A DNA stretch of 64,000 nt from a virus: the IMG/VR virus record IMGVR_UViG_3300028844_005756, positions 21,834-85,833 of that record. The stretch is one strand, 5' to 3'. The notes beneath the pieces are model-generated. The model saw only the letters and a list, made by a program, of their open reading frames with translations. It ran no database searches and was not told where the DNA came from. The position numbers were made by a program, and so were the translations under genes. Position 1 is the first letter of the stretch. Every line of letters starts with the position of its first letter. This document shows, in pieces, positions 38,701-47,026 of the stretch.

Positions 38701-40779
38701 ATGTAATTCATCTAAAAGTAAAGGTTCTATTAAACTTGCTGGTATTTTAGTACGTATTTCATATGAATAATTTTGATAATAATAACCATCATGAATATAT
38801 TTGTTTGATGATAATTTACTTCTGTTGTCTAAGAAAGAATCAAAAGAATCAATGAACAACCCTTCTTCATATTCATATTCTGATTTCAAACCGTGTGCGA
38901 TATCATCTTGATTAAACACTCTTTCTTCTGGATTGTGAATAAATTCAAATACATCATCTGATTTAGTCATTAAACCCATTTGAAGTGTTTTAATCTGAGC
39001 TACACCATCACCTAAAACACTTTCCAACTTAGCACTATTTGCAAGAGGATTAATCTTTATTAAATCTTTTATTTCTAAATTTAAAGTTGTGCCAAAGGGC
39101 AACCCTATCTCACTGAAATCATTTAGAATTGTATCTAATTTTATTTGATTGTTATCAAATCTTTCATTTTGTCCTAATTCAATTTCAACAAAAGTATCCG
39201 TTTCTAAATCTTTTACTGACCTTAGTGTTATAAATCTTTTAACTTCTACGTCTTCACTGAGTATATCCAAGTCACTCAAATATATTTGTTCTTCATCAGC
39301 ATTTAGAGTTACATCTCCAATACAAATAGCTTCATTAAAATCTCCAGGTGTACTTGTGCCACCTTTCATATAAACTAAAGTATCATTCTGAATATATGCA
39401 GTATTTGCTTCGTTATTATCAAATATAACATCAAAATAGTTCAATAACTCTGCTTGTGGTAAAGGATTTTTTGCAACAACAGGTGGAGCAAATTCATATC
39501 CTAATCCGGAATCATCAAATGTAATTTCTTTTATACCACCCATTTGAAAATCAGTAACAACATCACTGGGTAATTCTTTTAATGGAGTAGCATCTCTAAA
39601 CAATATGGAATTTTCATAAACTTCATCTAGTAATGTTTCATCCTCATAAAAAGATACTGGTCTATTTTTTAATATATTGTAAAAAGAATTGAAATAAGTA
39701 GTAAGAGTTGGATTTACTTCAATTTCTGAAACATACGCACTTGCTGTGTATTCTGCATTTGTAAATGCATTGTCAAAAACAATCGGGTCACCCACACGAT
39801 AGCATAAACCGGGGTCATTTATTTTTATATTAGTAATAGAATGTTTTTTAAGTTTTGTAATTTCTGCTCTACCATCACCATAATTAAACATATCACCGAC
39901 TTTATGACCAATACCACCATCTGTTATTTTTAAGCCAGTAATTGAATTTTTTATTACACCTTTTACTGCTTCTAATCCTGTGGTAATATCATATCCTACT
40001 ATAATTTCATTTTCTTTAAAAGTTCCATTAATGTAAACTAAATCAAGAAAGGCCTTTGTGGTGTTGTTTTGATTTTTAGTTATGATGTCACGACATATAG
40101 CAGATGCTTTTGATTTAGGTGCATAAATGCGAGTTTGATTAAATTTACTTATGCTAGAATTATATTCAATTTGTATTAAATTTTGTTCGTAATAACCACT
40201 ATCAGAAAGTCTCAGTATATCTACTTTCGGATAATATAATTCTATAATATCATCAAAGAATATTCTAAAAAACCAATAGTAAGAATTTTCAGTATCTTTG
40301 TTTTTATAATAATCTAATATTTTTTTGGTAAGAATATTTGGGTCTAACCTACGAAAAATACTATGATCAAGAGAAACATTCTTTTTAAAGTATTTCTGAA
40401 AGACTGTGAGTGCGGTTTCGTAATTAGTATTTTCCTCTATATCCTGAGCATATTGATGTATATTCTTATATAATTTTTTAATAAAATATATTTCACCGCT
40501 AATACCATTTACTAATAATTCATTTCTATAAAAATTATTCGTTTCTGTTTCATAATCAAAATATACTCTATCTTTAGTAACTATTTTTACAATGGCTTTT
40601 GCTTTAGACAGAGAACCATATATGATGTCACCCACGGATAATTTTTTATTATCTGTAAGAAGTATTACTGATGATTCTAAAAAATTATAATATTCCTCAA
40701 TAAACTTCACAAAGTGAGGATATTGCTCTAAAAAATAATTTGGAATATGACTTTCAACCAATTCTTTAGGAGTTGTCAT
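32794..40779 (-). CDS. gp7: giant baseplate wedge initiator (T4 gp7-like) with degenerate Hint domain and C-terminal repeats
   Basis: IP.YF..QYP.FVKFI..YY.FLE, FFRIFF, YYPK.DILRLSD, IHD.YYYQ.YSYEI, LHPAG; position between gp6 and gp8. Confidence 0.8.
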   Translation of the reverse strand: MTTPKELVESHIPNYFLEQYPHFVKFIEEYYNFLESSVILLTDNKKLSVGDIIYGSLSKAKAIVKIVTKDRVYFDYETETNNFYRNELLVNGISGEIYFIKKLYKNIHQYAQDIEENTNYETALTVFQKYFKKNVSLDHSIFRRLDPNILTKKILDYYKNKDTENSYYWFFRIFFDDIIELYYPKVDILRLSDSGYYEQNLIQIEYNSSISKFNQTRIYAPKSKASAICRDIITKNQNNTTKAFLDLVYINGTFKENEIIVGYDITTGLEAVKGVIKNSITGLKITDGGIGHKVGDMFNYGDGRAEITKLKKHSITNIKINDPGLCYRVGDPIVFDNAFTNAEYTASAYVSEIEVNPTLTTYFNSFYNILKNRPVSFYEDETLLDEVYENSILFRDATPLKELPSDVVTDFQMGGIKEITFDDSGLGYEFAPPVVAKNPLPQAELLNYFDVIFDNNEANTAYIQNDTLVYMKGGTSTPGDFNEAICIGDVTLNADEEQIYLSDLDILSEDVEVKRFITLRSVKDLETDTFVEIELGQNERFDNNQIKLDTILNDFSEIGLPFGTTLNLEIKDLIKINPLANSAKLESVLGDGVAQIKTLQMGLMTKSDDVFEFIHNPEERVFNQDDIAHGLKSEYEYEEGLFIDSFDSFLDNRSKLSSNKYIHDGYYYQNYSYEIRTKIPASLIEPLLLDELHPAGFLHFIRNKFELELDFRIKTHELHEIEIDSRGYIIAEIFEHIEVERLNFADATIGDVINQIELENEFIHNEEIATSEYPEIEVNAIAPIFEGFRFFIEDIISKPSENSFRDFDDYGKTNEKNSIITDTRLYDGIVAVQSFVKIINVEDEANWIADVIGYRKNAIGSLDADRTIYNFRVRVERVFEHVPDIAKGGYIVVRDPFTDLYEPRFSSDLQQFSNAEIEFSDTERNEYLPLVSGNTLSGKGSYLPNAEILTRDYGWVTFENLEPYMHVANVKEDGVIVWQLPDSIATREYNGIMHQYTDHSSVSITVSPDQELALVTSNKIIKGRKLSSKTKPPTELDFLAVPDETLAGTGKRAIMELRDIDKEIDKIEVPYTGLLYCLTLKNNQDTIKVPFEVDEGILEVISWQSFIENNYTLPKVTKIEKTFINVDYENVAIDLESYSIMQPRSNTIIFDYNTVDSTPYPIVNPSEIFFLTSAETQPTTQPSPQGPLTVEPLRTTFQNSDVITDEVDVVLTLAYQQEFKTVLDTFEHKLTERPTTFTSFSINIKDFLFFESTSTLSNDSFTDTAIRSVTDVPLHVVINIDEQILPLSIQSSDEENNSAVFLNIESTAAKFDIQPAMDKPKNRISTLSFENRIPAIRGKIPKIFREAILINSDDDKKITQISIADIETVLCPDHQFEPKAKVVILNFFEEFEKNRVSSLILLGSINAHPGTESGLPSVEVEDDKILNYHHIDSLQLKEPDLRYVITRLNFADSSSDTDPVIYYTFVNSTNKSAYGIKPSSYFDSDELTFDSYDNFTFDEDSLLPERKLFQESENFNVDTLVTFENIEDLDNLKPIYNEDNFIIWSTIVANDVNSGDIDFMSVHVNHINNFAFEPFSLDPSLPSKSIQQDFTVIPPPVHKFVGISESGFDPLSTLVSGGDNPAVTDVTPLETDVNRKIFVDVLNRNLFFNFDEKIVDYKNNLIVYNLHKKYKPYLGDTMPATSALSEPFLYTSPKSKDLSTVLDKETIYFANTVILDSSTEVISKTDIENHFEIEDRRKYITLDTQFENWKRQFIAGYLPVKFSDYVLDKIPSAFIQDAIIISKRTANEDVSPLVHPNSIFSDAAPPAIYFELELAEAQTEIKIPIIIEDRNKYVDLGDIILPWTPILIKDYSRIKMDDYILDKLPSVRIDGTYIRNERQANTELLTNFELFSSLYGNTTFLDSSFDIMGEIEEDIENNIIDRNKLIIRSDYIYPYEFTIIEHFMRPWVIREYSQDTLPSVTAYLEVVPITDYVENMEVINIDNRILTGNTTFLDATQDIDFEFEIKNENLILDRHKTFSLSDIIGPWTDNTLFGFYRPLQLKYYNLSDIPTVRVHSEPEITYNPIVLANTEIVSFTTLYGNTAFADATHDVTFEYGFEDDTIIVDRNKTFAEDRVISRWVDTKFSLDMIPKIFVDFESETVPTATVLNEPEITYNPKVPIDVNIVPFTTLYGNTAFADATTDIYSVIDEYEHNPKLLDRNVTLSYEDRITSYFNNFVDDYLPFKLVPYNLDYIPTVSVLNELEFTYNPTLDLIHTAITSSTTVYDKQATILDNTIATEEVVLEFENLVEFISDKSKIGRKDFIINKQNEIIGNYLNSQIAEHTYDTVKTVDVGLTNNDEIEYVIISDMEELTSDEISILYNDKHTFIDSTSFMDSTEIEFFSESYVYNENSAISLNDRITESFLEKQIRPKVLTKLRYDIINTIPIVSPKTQYSITTVDIQDGKSKFKETVSNIIGTEKILDGTIELIQNENLTKIFNEIEDRNFLFQLDKKVDTFLKEEITEKVPLKLKYYILESNIPTVQAELFAKEIFDYSFSTTPDDISLVDFEKILSFDSEGNINNTFGFKESQINTINNGITNDNFLLNTVIRPFTDDYIRFEIEKHLKRKGDDKQTYLHATLKMNYTVSEVYTWNISALNTFETEYNDPNINRKEFLETVRIEV
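37528..37959 (-). other. degenerate Hint/mini-intein-like domain within gp7 (~aa 941-1084)
   Basis: Block A SYLPNAEILT..GWV.FE.L; Y.G.M; block B VSPDQEL; block F YTGLLYCLTL; no block G HN. Confidence 0.7.
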
Positions 40780-42617
40780 GTATCAAATAACTCCGCTTTT
40801 GCTAAATTAGAAGAAGTTGATGACCTATCTATAAATGCAGAAGGTGTTATATAAATGTCATCAATAGAAATTGTTAGAATTTGTTCTTTAGATGGTATAA
40901 TAATAAATTCATCACATTGAATTTCAAATGTCATTTCTGATGAATCTTCTCTTATATATGTTGGTGAAAATCCTTCTAATATAAAAATGCCAGAATCATA
41001 ATCTATTTTACCTATATTTTCTTTTAGTGTAAATTCTACGTCTGAACCGGATACGTTTATTGTGAAAACTATATCAACGCCTGTATATGTTGAATTTTCT
41101 TTTAGATAACAATTTGATATTAAATTATTATTATTATCAATATAATCAAATCTACTTGCAGTTAAAGAACCTTTTTTAATCTTGTTATTAAAATTTATAT
41201 TATAATAAACTCCAATCCCAACTTCAATATTTCTTTTTTTGTATAAATTTATAGTTAAATATGAACCCATGAAATATTGACTTATATCATCTACAAGTTT
41301 AGTAATATTTGCTAATTGAAAATTACTATAAAATTTTAATAAATTATTTTTAGAATAATCAAATATAACATTCTTCACATTATCTACAATTTCTATTTGA
41401 TTCATATTAATGTCTAAGGAATCATAAACTACATTAGCATTAATTTTAATATAAGTATATTCGGGATTAACAATTCTCGGTAGTATGGTAATTACATTTA
41501 ATTGGTCAAGTCTTGACTTTATGTAATCTATTTCATAATTAGATAACAATGCTCTATTTTTTGGTTTAATCGCACAAAATACACTACCATACAACGGAGG
41601 AGTATTCTTTTCTCCACCCCAAACAGAAATTGATTCTATGAAAGGAAAATATTTCATCAAAATAATTTGATAATCTTTTTCAGTGACTGTGCGATTTTGA
41701 CTGAAATATAATTTTCTTGCATTATTTCTTATATCATCGGCATTTTCTTCATCTTCTCCTTGTGAAGAAAATTGAATAGTTTCTATTAAAAACGTGTTAA
41801 CAAAGTCGTTTTTATTTTCAATATCAAAAGTTACACACTCATTAGCATCTTCACCTGAAGTAACCAAATAATTTAATTCAATTACATTATTATTTTTAAT
41901 AATTTTTCCTAAAATTCCATCTCCAAAAATTATTTGATATTTTCCATTATAATTTTGTTCTATGTAAAATATTTCGGAATCTTCTGTAAGTAATGTAATA
42001 TCAAATACTCTGTTGTATTTTGTGCGCAATCGTTCAAGTTCATTTTCTCTAACATGTACTGTAAGGTATGTTAAATCTATATCTTTACTAGAAATTTCAA
42101 ATTTATTTTCTAATAATAAATTATTTACAACTATTTCTTCTGATATTAAAGTGCCTTGAGTGAGTGTTATATTTGATGTGAATTGATTACTATTTGCTAA
42201 AACAATAGAAGTTTCACTAATAAATGGATACAAATTTCCATTGGCTGTTTTACCTAAGAACTTAGTTCCTGCTAATATATTTTTTGTATAATTAGCAGAT
42301 AAATTTCCAGTAAGTCTAAAATTTATTTCAGCTTTAGATGCAGTTTTTGCATTTGATAAATATCCTATTTGCTTTGCTATTGATGCAGCATTTTTTCTTT
42401 TTTGTGCTGTATCTAAAAATAATTCACTTGCTACTTGATTTAAATAATAAGATTGATATTGTGTATTATATGATAATAAATCAACAACAAAGTTCAAGCC
42501 AGATGCTTCAAAATCATAATCTTTAAATTCTGAACTGTTCTTAACATAGTCTATTAAATTTTTTCTAATTGTTAAAAAATCTAATTCGCTGATATTTTCT
42601 GATGGAATTTTTGACAT
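40776..42617 (-). CDS. gp6: baseplate wedge subunit (T4 gp6-like)
   Basis: ELDF..I, F.DYDFE.SGL, LSYNT, FLDTA, FGDGILG, QNR.VT..DY, VWGGE, G.IDY..G. Confidence 0.95.
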   Translation of the reverse strand: MSKIPSENISELDFLTIRKNLIDYVKNSSEFKDYDFEASGLNFVVDLLSYNTQYQSYYLNQVASELFLDTAQKRKNAASIAKQIGYLSNAKTASKAEINFRLTGNLSANYTKNILAGTKFLGKTANGNLYPFISETSIVLANSNQFTSNITLTQGTLISEEIVVNNLLLENKFEISSKDIDLTYLTVHVRENELERLRTKYNRVFDITLLTEDSEIFYIEQNYNGKYQIIFGDGILGKIIKNNNVIELNYLVTSGEDANECVTFDIENKNDFVNTFLIETIQFSSQGEDEENADDIRNNARKLYFSQNRTVTEKDYQIILMKYFPFIESISVWGGEKNTPPLYGSVFCAIKPKNRALLSNYEIDYIKSRLDQLNVITILPRIVNPEYTYIKINANVVYDSLDINMNQIEIVDNVKNVIFDYSKNNLLKFYSNFQLANITKLVDDISQYFMGSYLTINLYKKRNIEVGIGVYYNINFNNKIKKGSLTASRFDYIDNNNNLISNCYLKENSTYTGVDIVFTINVSGSDVEFTLKENIGKIDYDSGIFILEGFSPTYIREDSSEMTFEIQCDEFIIIPSKEQILTISIDDIYITPSAFIDRSSTSSNLAKAELFDT

Positions 42618-42619
42618 CG

Positions 42620-42997
42620 TTAGCGTATTCTTTTTAATGTTTTCTCAAACGTTATCAGTTCTTGAGGATTTGATCTTAATCGGTATTTTATGTATATTGT
42701 AATACTATTTACATCTTGTTCTATTTGAGTATCTTCAAGTACTATTCTTTTTTCAAAGTTTTCAATTTGATTTTGTATACTTGTTTTTAAAATATCTTGT
42801 TGTATAAAACTGTTTAATTCAAAGATATAATCTTGAATACCTACTCCAAACTCAGCGTTATATAATCTTTCTCCAGGTCTTGTGAATAAGATGTGATTTA
42901 ATGCACGGAATATAGTTGTTCTAGCATCTAAATTTTTTACTTTTTTAGATATGGGATGGGGTATAAATTTTAAATCTATATCTGAAAATCTTGACAT
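42620..42997 (-). CDS. gp25: baseplate wedge/sheath initiator (T4 gp25-like)
   Basis: SDIDL.F..HP, T.PGER....EFG, I.NFE.R. Confidence 0.9.
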   Translation of the reverse strand: MSRFSDIDLKFIPHPISKKVKNLDARTTIFRALNHILFTRPGERLYNAEFGVGIQDYIFELNSFIQQDILKTSIQNQIENFEKRIVLEDTQIEQDVNSITIYIKYRLRSNPQELITFEKTLKRIR

Positions 42998-43037
42998 TTA
43001 AATTAAACCTTTAAATTATTTATCAAGGTATATTTTT

Positions 43038-46000
43038 TTATTTTATTCTATAAAAGAATATTTGACTACTTGTAATGGTAAAGGTCAGTTTTTGCATATC
43101 TAAGTCACCATTATCATAACCTATAAGAATATACGGTTTTAAAACATAGGACTCTTCTTGACCTATTACAATTTCTCCAATAAATTTTTTCTTTTTTCTC
43201 CTTCCAAATTTAAAAACTTCACTAGCATCTCCATTTAATTGTTTAGCGTAACGAAATGCATTTTCTCTACCTTCAAAGAAAACTCCCATATACACATTTA
43301 TTTTATTTATCTCAGGTACAATATCATTTGTTCCTGCTTGTGTAGAATCATAAGTTACTCCTAGCTCAAACTCATAGCGATATGTAAAATCATTTGTTAT
43401 TAAATTAGAATATCTCACAAGTTCCATTGCTGAAGTTGAGGTCACTCCGTGTAAATAATTATTATTTAACTTACCGAAAAGTTTAAATTCATAATTGCCT
43501 GCGTTCAAGGTTCCTGTAAAATAATTTGGATCATTAGATAAAGCGAGTGTTTTTGAATCATTTAATTCAAAACTTTCTGTTGTTCTAAATGGGATAAAAG
43601 ATATTGTATACGGAATAGGCTCTGCCTTTATGGCCACCGAAGGATTCGTATCTTCACTCAGTTGTGATAAATCATTTTCTAAATCTTGTAACGTCTTATT
43701 AGGTAACAGGTCAAGTATCGTTTGCTCATCTAGTGGGGTTAAACCTTCTTGTGTGACCGCATCTCCTTCTTCATCTATTAATCCTAACGCATCAGCAATA
43801 AACCGTATAGGGTATACGTTCATTCCTTTTGGTAAATAGCTTAATAAAATTAAAGAAAATCCAAATTCACTTGAAAGTTTCTTTTCTATTTTTGAAATCT
43901 CTTGCCAAATCTGACTTTTATACATTTTAATACTATTATCATCTTGATTTTTTTCATATTCTTCTTTAGGAACAACACCTATATCTGTCACATTGGCGTA
44001 CAATGAGCTTCCGATATTAAGTATATTTGATGGAAGGTCTGAAAGACTATCTATCTTTTCTTGTATTGACGCTCCCAATGCTGCTGCGGCTTGAGCTTCA
44101 GATACTCTATCTGTATTTCCTACTTGAATTTGAGCATTGTCTTCTATTTGTTTGTTTTTATCGTCATGATTTGTTGTTTGCGCAAATAAAGAATTTATTG
44201 TTTTCTTAAAATTTTCCGTTTCTACAGGATCAATTTGACGCATTCTACTTAATAATGTACTAATGCTACTAACGTCACTTGGTCTAAAATTTATTCTAGG
44301 AACTTTAGAATAGCTATCAGTATTTGTTAAATCAGAAGCGAGTTTATCATAACCTTCAAATCCTGTCTCTCTACAATACTTTCCATAAATTACACCTTCA
44401 AATTCTATACTTAAACTTAATATTTCAATTAATGATTCTATTGCTTCTATTAAACTCAATAAAGAAGATTTTAATTCTTTTAATCTTTTAATCATCAAAT
44501 CAAAAAATACAGTTTCCGGCTCAAAAATATTGGCAATTTTTAAAACTTTATTTTGTATATCCTTGATTAAAGGTGTGGTTCCAATCATATCCGAAAAATT
44601 TAATTTAGCCCAATTTCCTCTCACATTACCATCTACAAATGGCTGATTAATATCACTTATGATAATACCATCTCCCAGTATATCATACTCAGTTCCATTA
44701 TATTTAACGATATGAACATACTTATCTGCATTATATAAATCAGGAGCACTGTTTATTCTACTACCAAAAGGTTCAACTTTAATGGTAAATTCATGTATAT
44801 AATTTTGAGATTCTATTGTTGCGTCAAAATTATATACTTGTTGAATATAATTTTTATAAAGACTAGTTTGATTTACAATTGGATAAGAACTATGATAAAA
44901 AATTACATTTGCAGAATTGCCTTCTGTAGAAACTGCAGAACTTTTCACTTTAAGTATATCTAACTGATTTTTTTTATATTCTATACTTTCTATAATATTA
45001 TTAGCACTTTCTCTGAATTGTTCTTTTGTTAAAGTTAATATTTCACTCTCTAATTTTATAATGTCATCTTCTTTTTCTTTCAGAATTTCTATTCTTTCTG
45101 CATTTTGAATATCTGGTGGTGTGATTGTAAATTTATCTATTAACTCAAGATTCTCATTTCTTATGACATTTCCTGCCGCAACTATATCATTAATCATACC
45201 ATCAATAACACTTCTATCAGAATTTAATTCTTCTTGCAAGAGTAATTCATTTTTATCAATTTCTGATGTGTATTCTGCTTTTAGCCTAGAAAATCCTGTT
45301 GTATGGTCATAAACTTCATTTTTTATAAAACAGCCTAAATCAGGGTCTAAGCCTGCCGCTTCTTTTACTGACCTACATTCAAGATAATTGTCTATTTGTT
45401 TTTGTGTTGAATTTAATAATGAAGTATATTTTAAAATTTCTTGTGCATAAACAGATTCATTTTCCAAAAACTCAACTTGATTTTTATAATTTTGATATTC
45501 ATCTTGAAATGTATTAATATTACTAATTAATGTTGTTAGAGTATTCCATTTAGAACTTGTATATAAATTAGATAAATCTGGATTTCCATATGTAAATAAT
45601 AAATTTTCAAATGAAGATGTATAGGTTGTTAAATTATCATTGAATGTATCAACATTTGTAATATCGGCATTTAAAACACTTGCAATTCCATTTTGAATTC
45701 CATAATATACTATTTCGCTTCTCAACTCACGAATATCTTCTTGTGTTCTTTTATATTCTATATTGTCTGAAATATTGAAATCATATACACTAGAAAATCT
45801 ACTATCTGACATATCTAAATTTTTAAGAATATCTAAATTTTGATTATCAATATATCCCTGATCTTTTAAATGTTTTTCTAATCTTTCTTTTCTTTCTGCT
45901 GGCATGTTTGCCACAGGGTCTGCAGGCACTATATAAATGTCATTTAAATTAGGATCTTCGGGATATCTCTTTATTGTATATTCATCAATTTTTTTATAGT

Positions 46001-46880
46001 TAGTAGAAGAACTTTTTTTTGAAACATCTATTCCTGTTAGAGACACATTGGATAGTATCTTTACTTTTTTTATTTTGGGTTTAAAAAGCCCATTCACATC
46101 ATCATAGACTCCATTTAATGATTCAAGTTGAAATAAATTAGAAAGAGTGGCAATTGACTGTACATATCTTAGTATGCTTTTTGCATTACTTCTGTAGTCA
46201 ACAGAGAAATATAAAAATATAGCTTCGTAAAGTCCTAGAGGTCTTGATAAATTTTCAACAGATTTTTCAAAAGTTATAAAATCACTATCAAAATGTTTAG
46301 GTTTATCTTCATCTTCAGATATTCTGTAAAAATTTTCAAGTGTTTTTTGAATCTTTTTTCCACTTTGTATTATATCTTCAGCAACATCTGTCTTGTAAGG
46401 TAAATAATATGGTATATTTGAGTCTGAAGTATCATAAAATTTCTTGTATGCAATTTCTGCTTGTTTTTCAAGTGAAGTTGTTGGTAGGCCGTTAAAACCC
46501 CAATCAGTCAAATTGGGAGGTATTACAAGTAAATGTACACCTAATCTAAGATAACTATCTAATGCATTGTATACCAAGTCTGCAATGTAGTTTGCAACAG
46601 CATTCATAAAATTAAAAATCAGAGAATAAAAATCTCTGAAGAGTGCTACTGAAGTAATAATAAAATCAAAATTATTTATAACTAAATCTCGCACGTTCTC
46701 CATATACTCTTGAGCCTCTTCCATGAGTTCTTTATTACCAGCACTCAATCCTACCAAAAATGCGTTATCTAATTTTTTCCATTCACCGGCACCTGACGGA
46801 TTATCAAATTCACTTTTTGATAATGCATCACCAAAACTGGTAAGTTCTCTACCGATAGCATAACGTTTACCTTTACTCAT
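43038..46880 (-). CDS. large putative virion protein with amphipathic/coiled-coil segments
   Basis: 1280 aa in baseplate operon just upstream of gp25. Confidence 0.6.
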   Translation of the reverse strand: MSKGKRYAIGRELTSFGDALSKSEFDNPSGAGEWKKLDNAFLVGLSAGNKELMEEAQEYMENVRDLVINNFDFIITSVALFRDFYSLIFNFMNAVANYIADLVYNALDSYLRLGVHLLVIPPNLTDWGFNGLPTTSLEKQAEIAYKKFYDTSDSNIPYYLPYKTDVAEDIIQSGKKIQKTLENFYRISEDEDKPKHFDSDFITFEKSVENLSRPLGLYEAIFLYFSVDYRSNAKSILRYVQSIATLSNLFQLESLNGVYDDVNGLFKPKIKKVKILSNVSLTGIDVSKKSSSTNYKKIDEYTIKRYPEDPNLNDIYIVPADPVANMPAERKERLEKHLKDQGYIDNQNLDILKNLDMSDSRFSSVYDFNISDNIEYKRTQEDIRELRSEIVYYGIQNGIASVLNADITNVDTFNDNLTTYTSSFENLLFTYGNPDLSNLYTSSKWNTLTTLISNINTFQDEYQNYKNQVEFLENESVYAQEILKYTSLLNSTQKQIDNYLECRSVKEAAGLDPDLGCFIKNEVYDHTTGFSRLKAEYTSEIDKNELLLQEELNSDRSVIDGMINDIVAAGNVIRNENLELIDKFTITPPDIQNAERIEILKEKEDDIIKLESEILTLTKEQFRESANNIIESIEYKKNQLDILKVKSSAVSTEGNSANVIFYHSSYPIVNQTSLYKNYIQQVYNFDATIESQNYIHEFTIKVEPFGSRINSAPDLYNADKYVHIVKYNGTEYDILGDGIIISDINQPFVDGNVRGNWAKLNFSDMIGTTPLIKDIQNKVLKIANIFEPETVFFDLMIKRLKELKSSLLSLIEAIESLIEILSLSIEFEGVIYGKYCRETGFEGYDKLASDLTNTDSYSKVPRINFRPSDVSSISTLLSRMRQIDPVETENFKKTINSLFAQTTNHDDKNKQIEDNAQIQVGNTDRVSEAQAAAALGASIQEKIDSLSDLPSNILNIGSSLYANVTDIGVVPKEEYEKNQDDNSIKMYKSQIWQEISKIEKKLSSEFGFSLILLSYLPKGMNVYPIRFIADALGLIDEEGDAVTQEGLTPLDEQTILDLLPNKTLQDLENDLSQLSEDTNPSVAIKAEPIPYTISFIPFRTTESFELNDSKTLALSNDPNYFTGTLNAGNYEFKLFGKLNNNYLHGVTSTSAMELVRYSNLITNDFTYRYEFELGVTYDSTQAGTNDIVPEINKINVYMGVFFEGRENAFRYAKQLNGDASEVFKFGRRKKKKFIGEIVIGQEESYVLKPYILIGYDNGDLDMQKLTFTITSSQIFFYRIK

Positions 46881-47026
46881 TTCTTATTGCCTGATTTTTT
46901 TGTTTTTCTTTCAAAATCCTCAACATATCCCAGATAGGTTTTCAAAGTTTCTTTTAAATTTTCAAGTTCAGTTATTCTTTCTTTAATTATTGTTTTATTT
47001 TTTTCAGTTTTTACATTCTCTTTCAT
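46877..47026 (-). CDS. 49-aa coiled-coil protein, not in ORF track
   Basis: MKENVKTEKNKTIIKERITELENLKETLKTYLGYVEDFERKTKKSGNKK; fills the gap, stop overlaps next ATG (ATGA). Confidence 0.55.
   Translation of the reverse strand: MKENVKTEKNKTIIKERITELENLKETLKTYLGYVEDFERKTKKSGNKK

Noticed and set aside
27447-40779. Diversity-generating retroelement in the repeat-rich structural genes
   Set aside because: No reverse transcriptase in the window; repeats are diverged protein-level repeats, not adenine-specific TR/VR pairs
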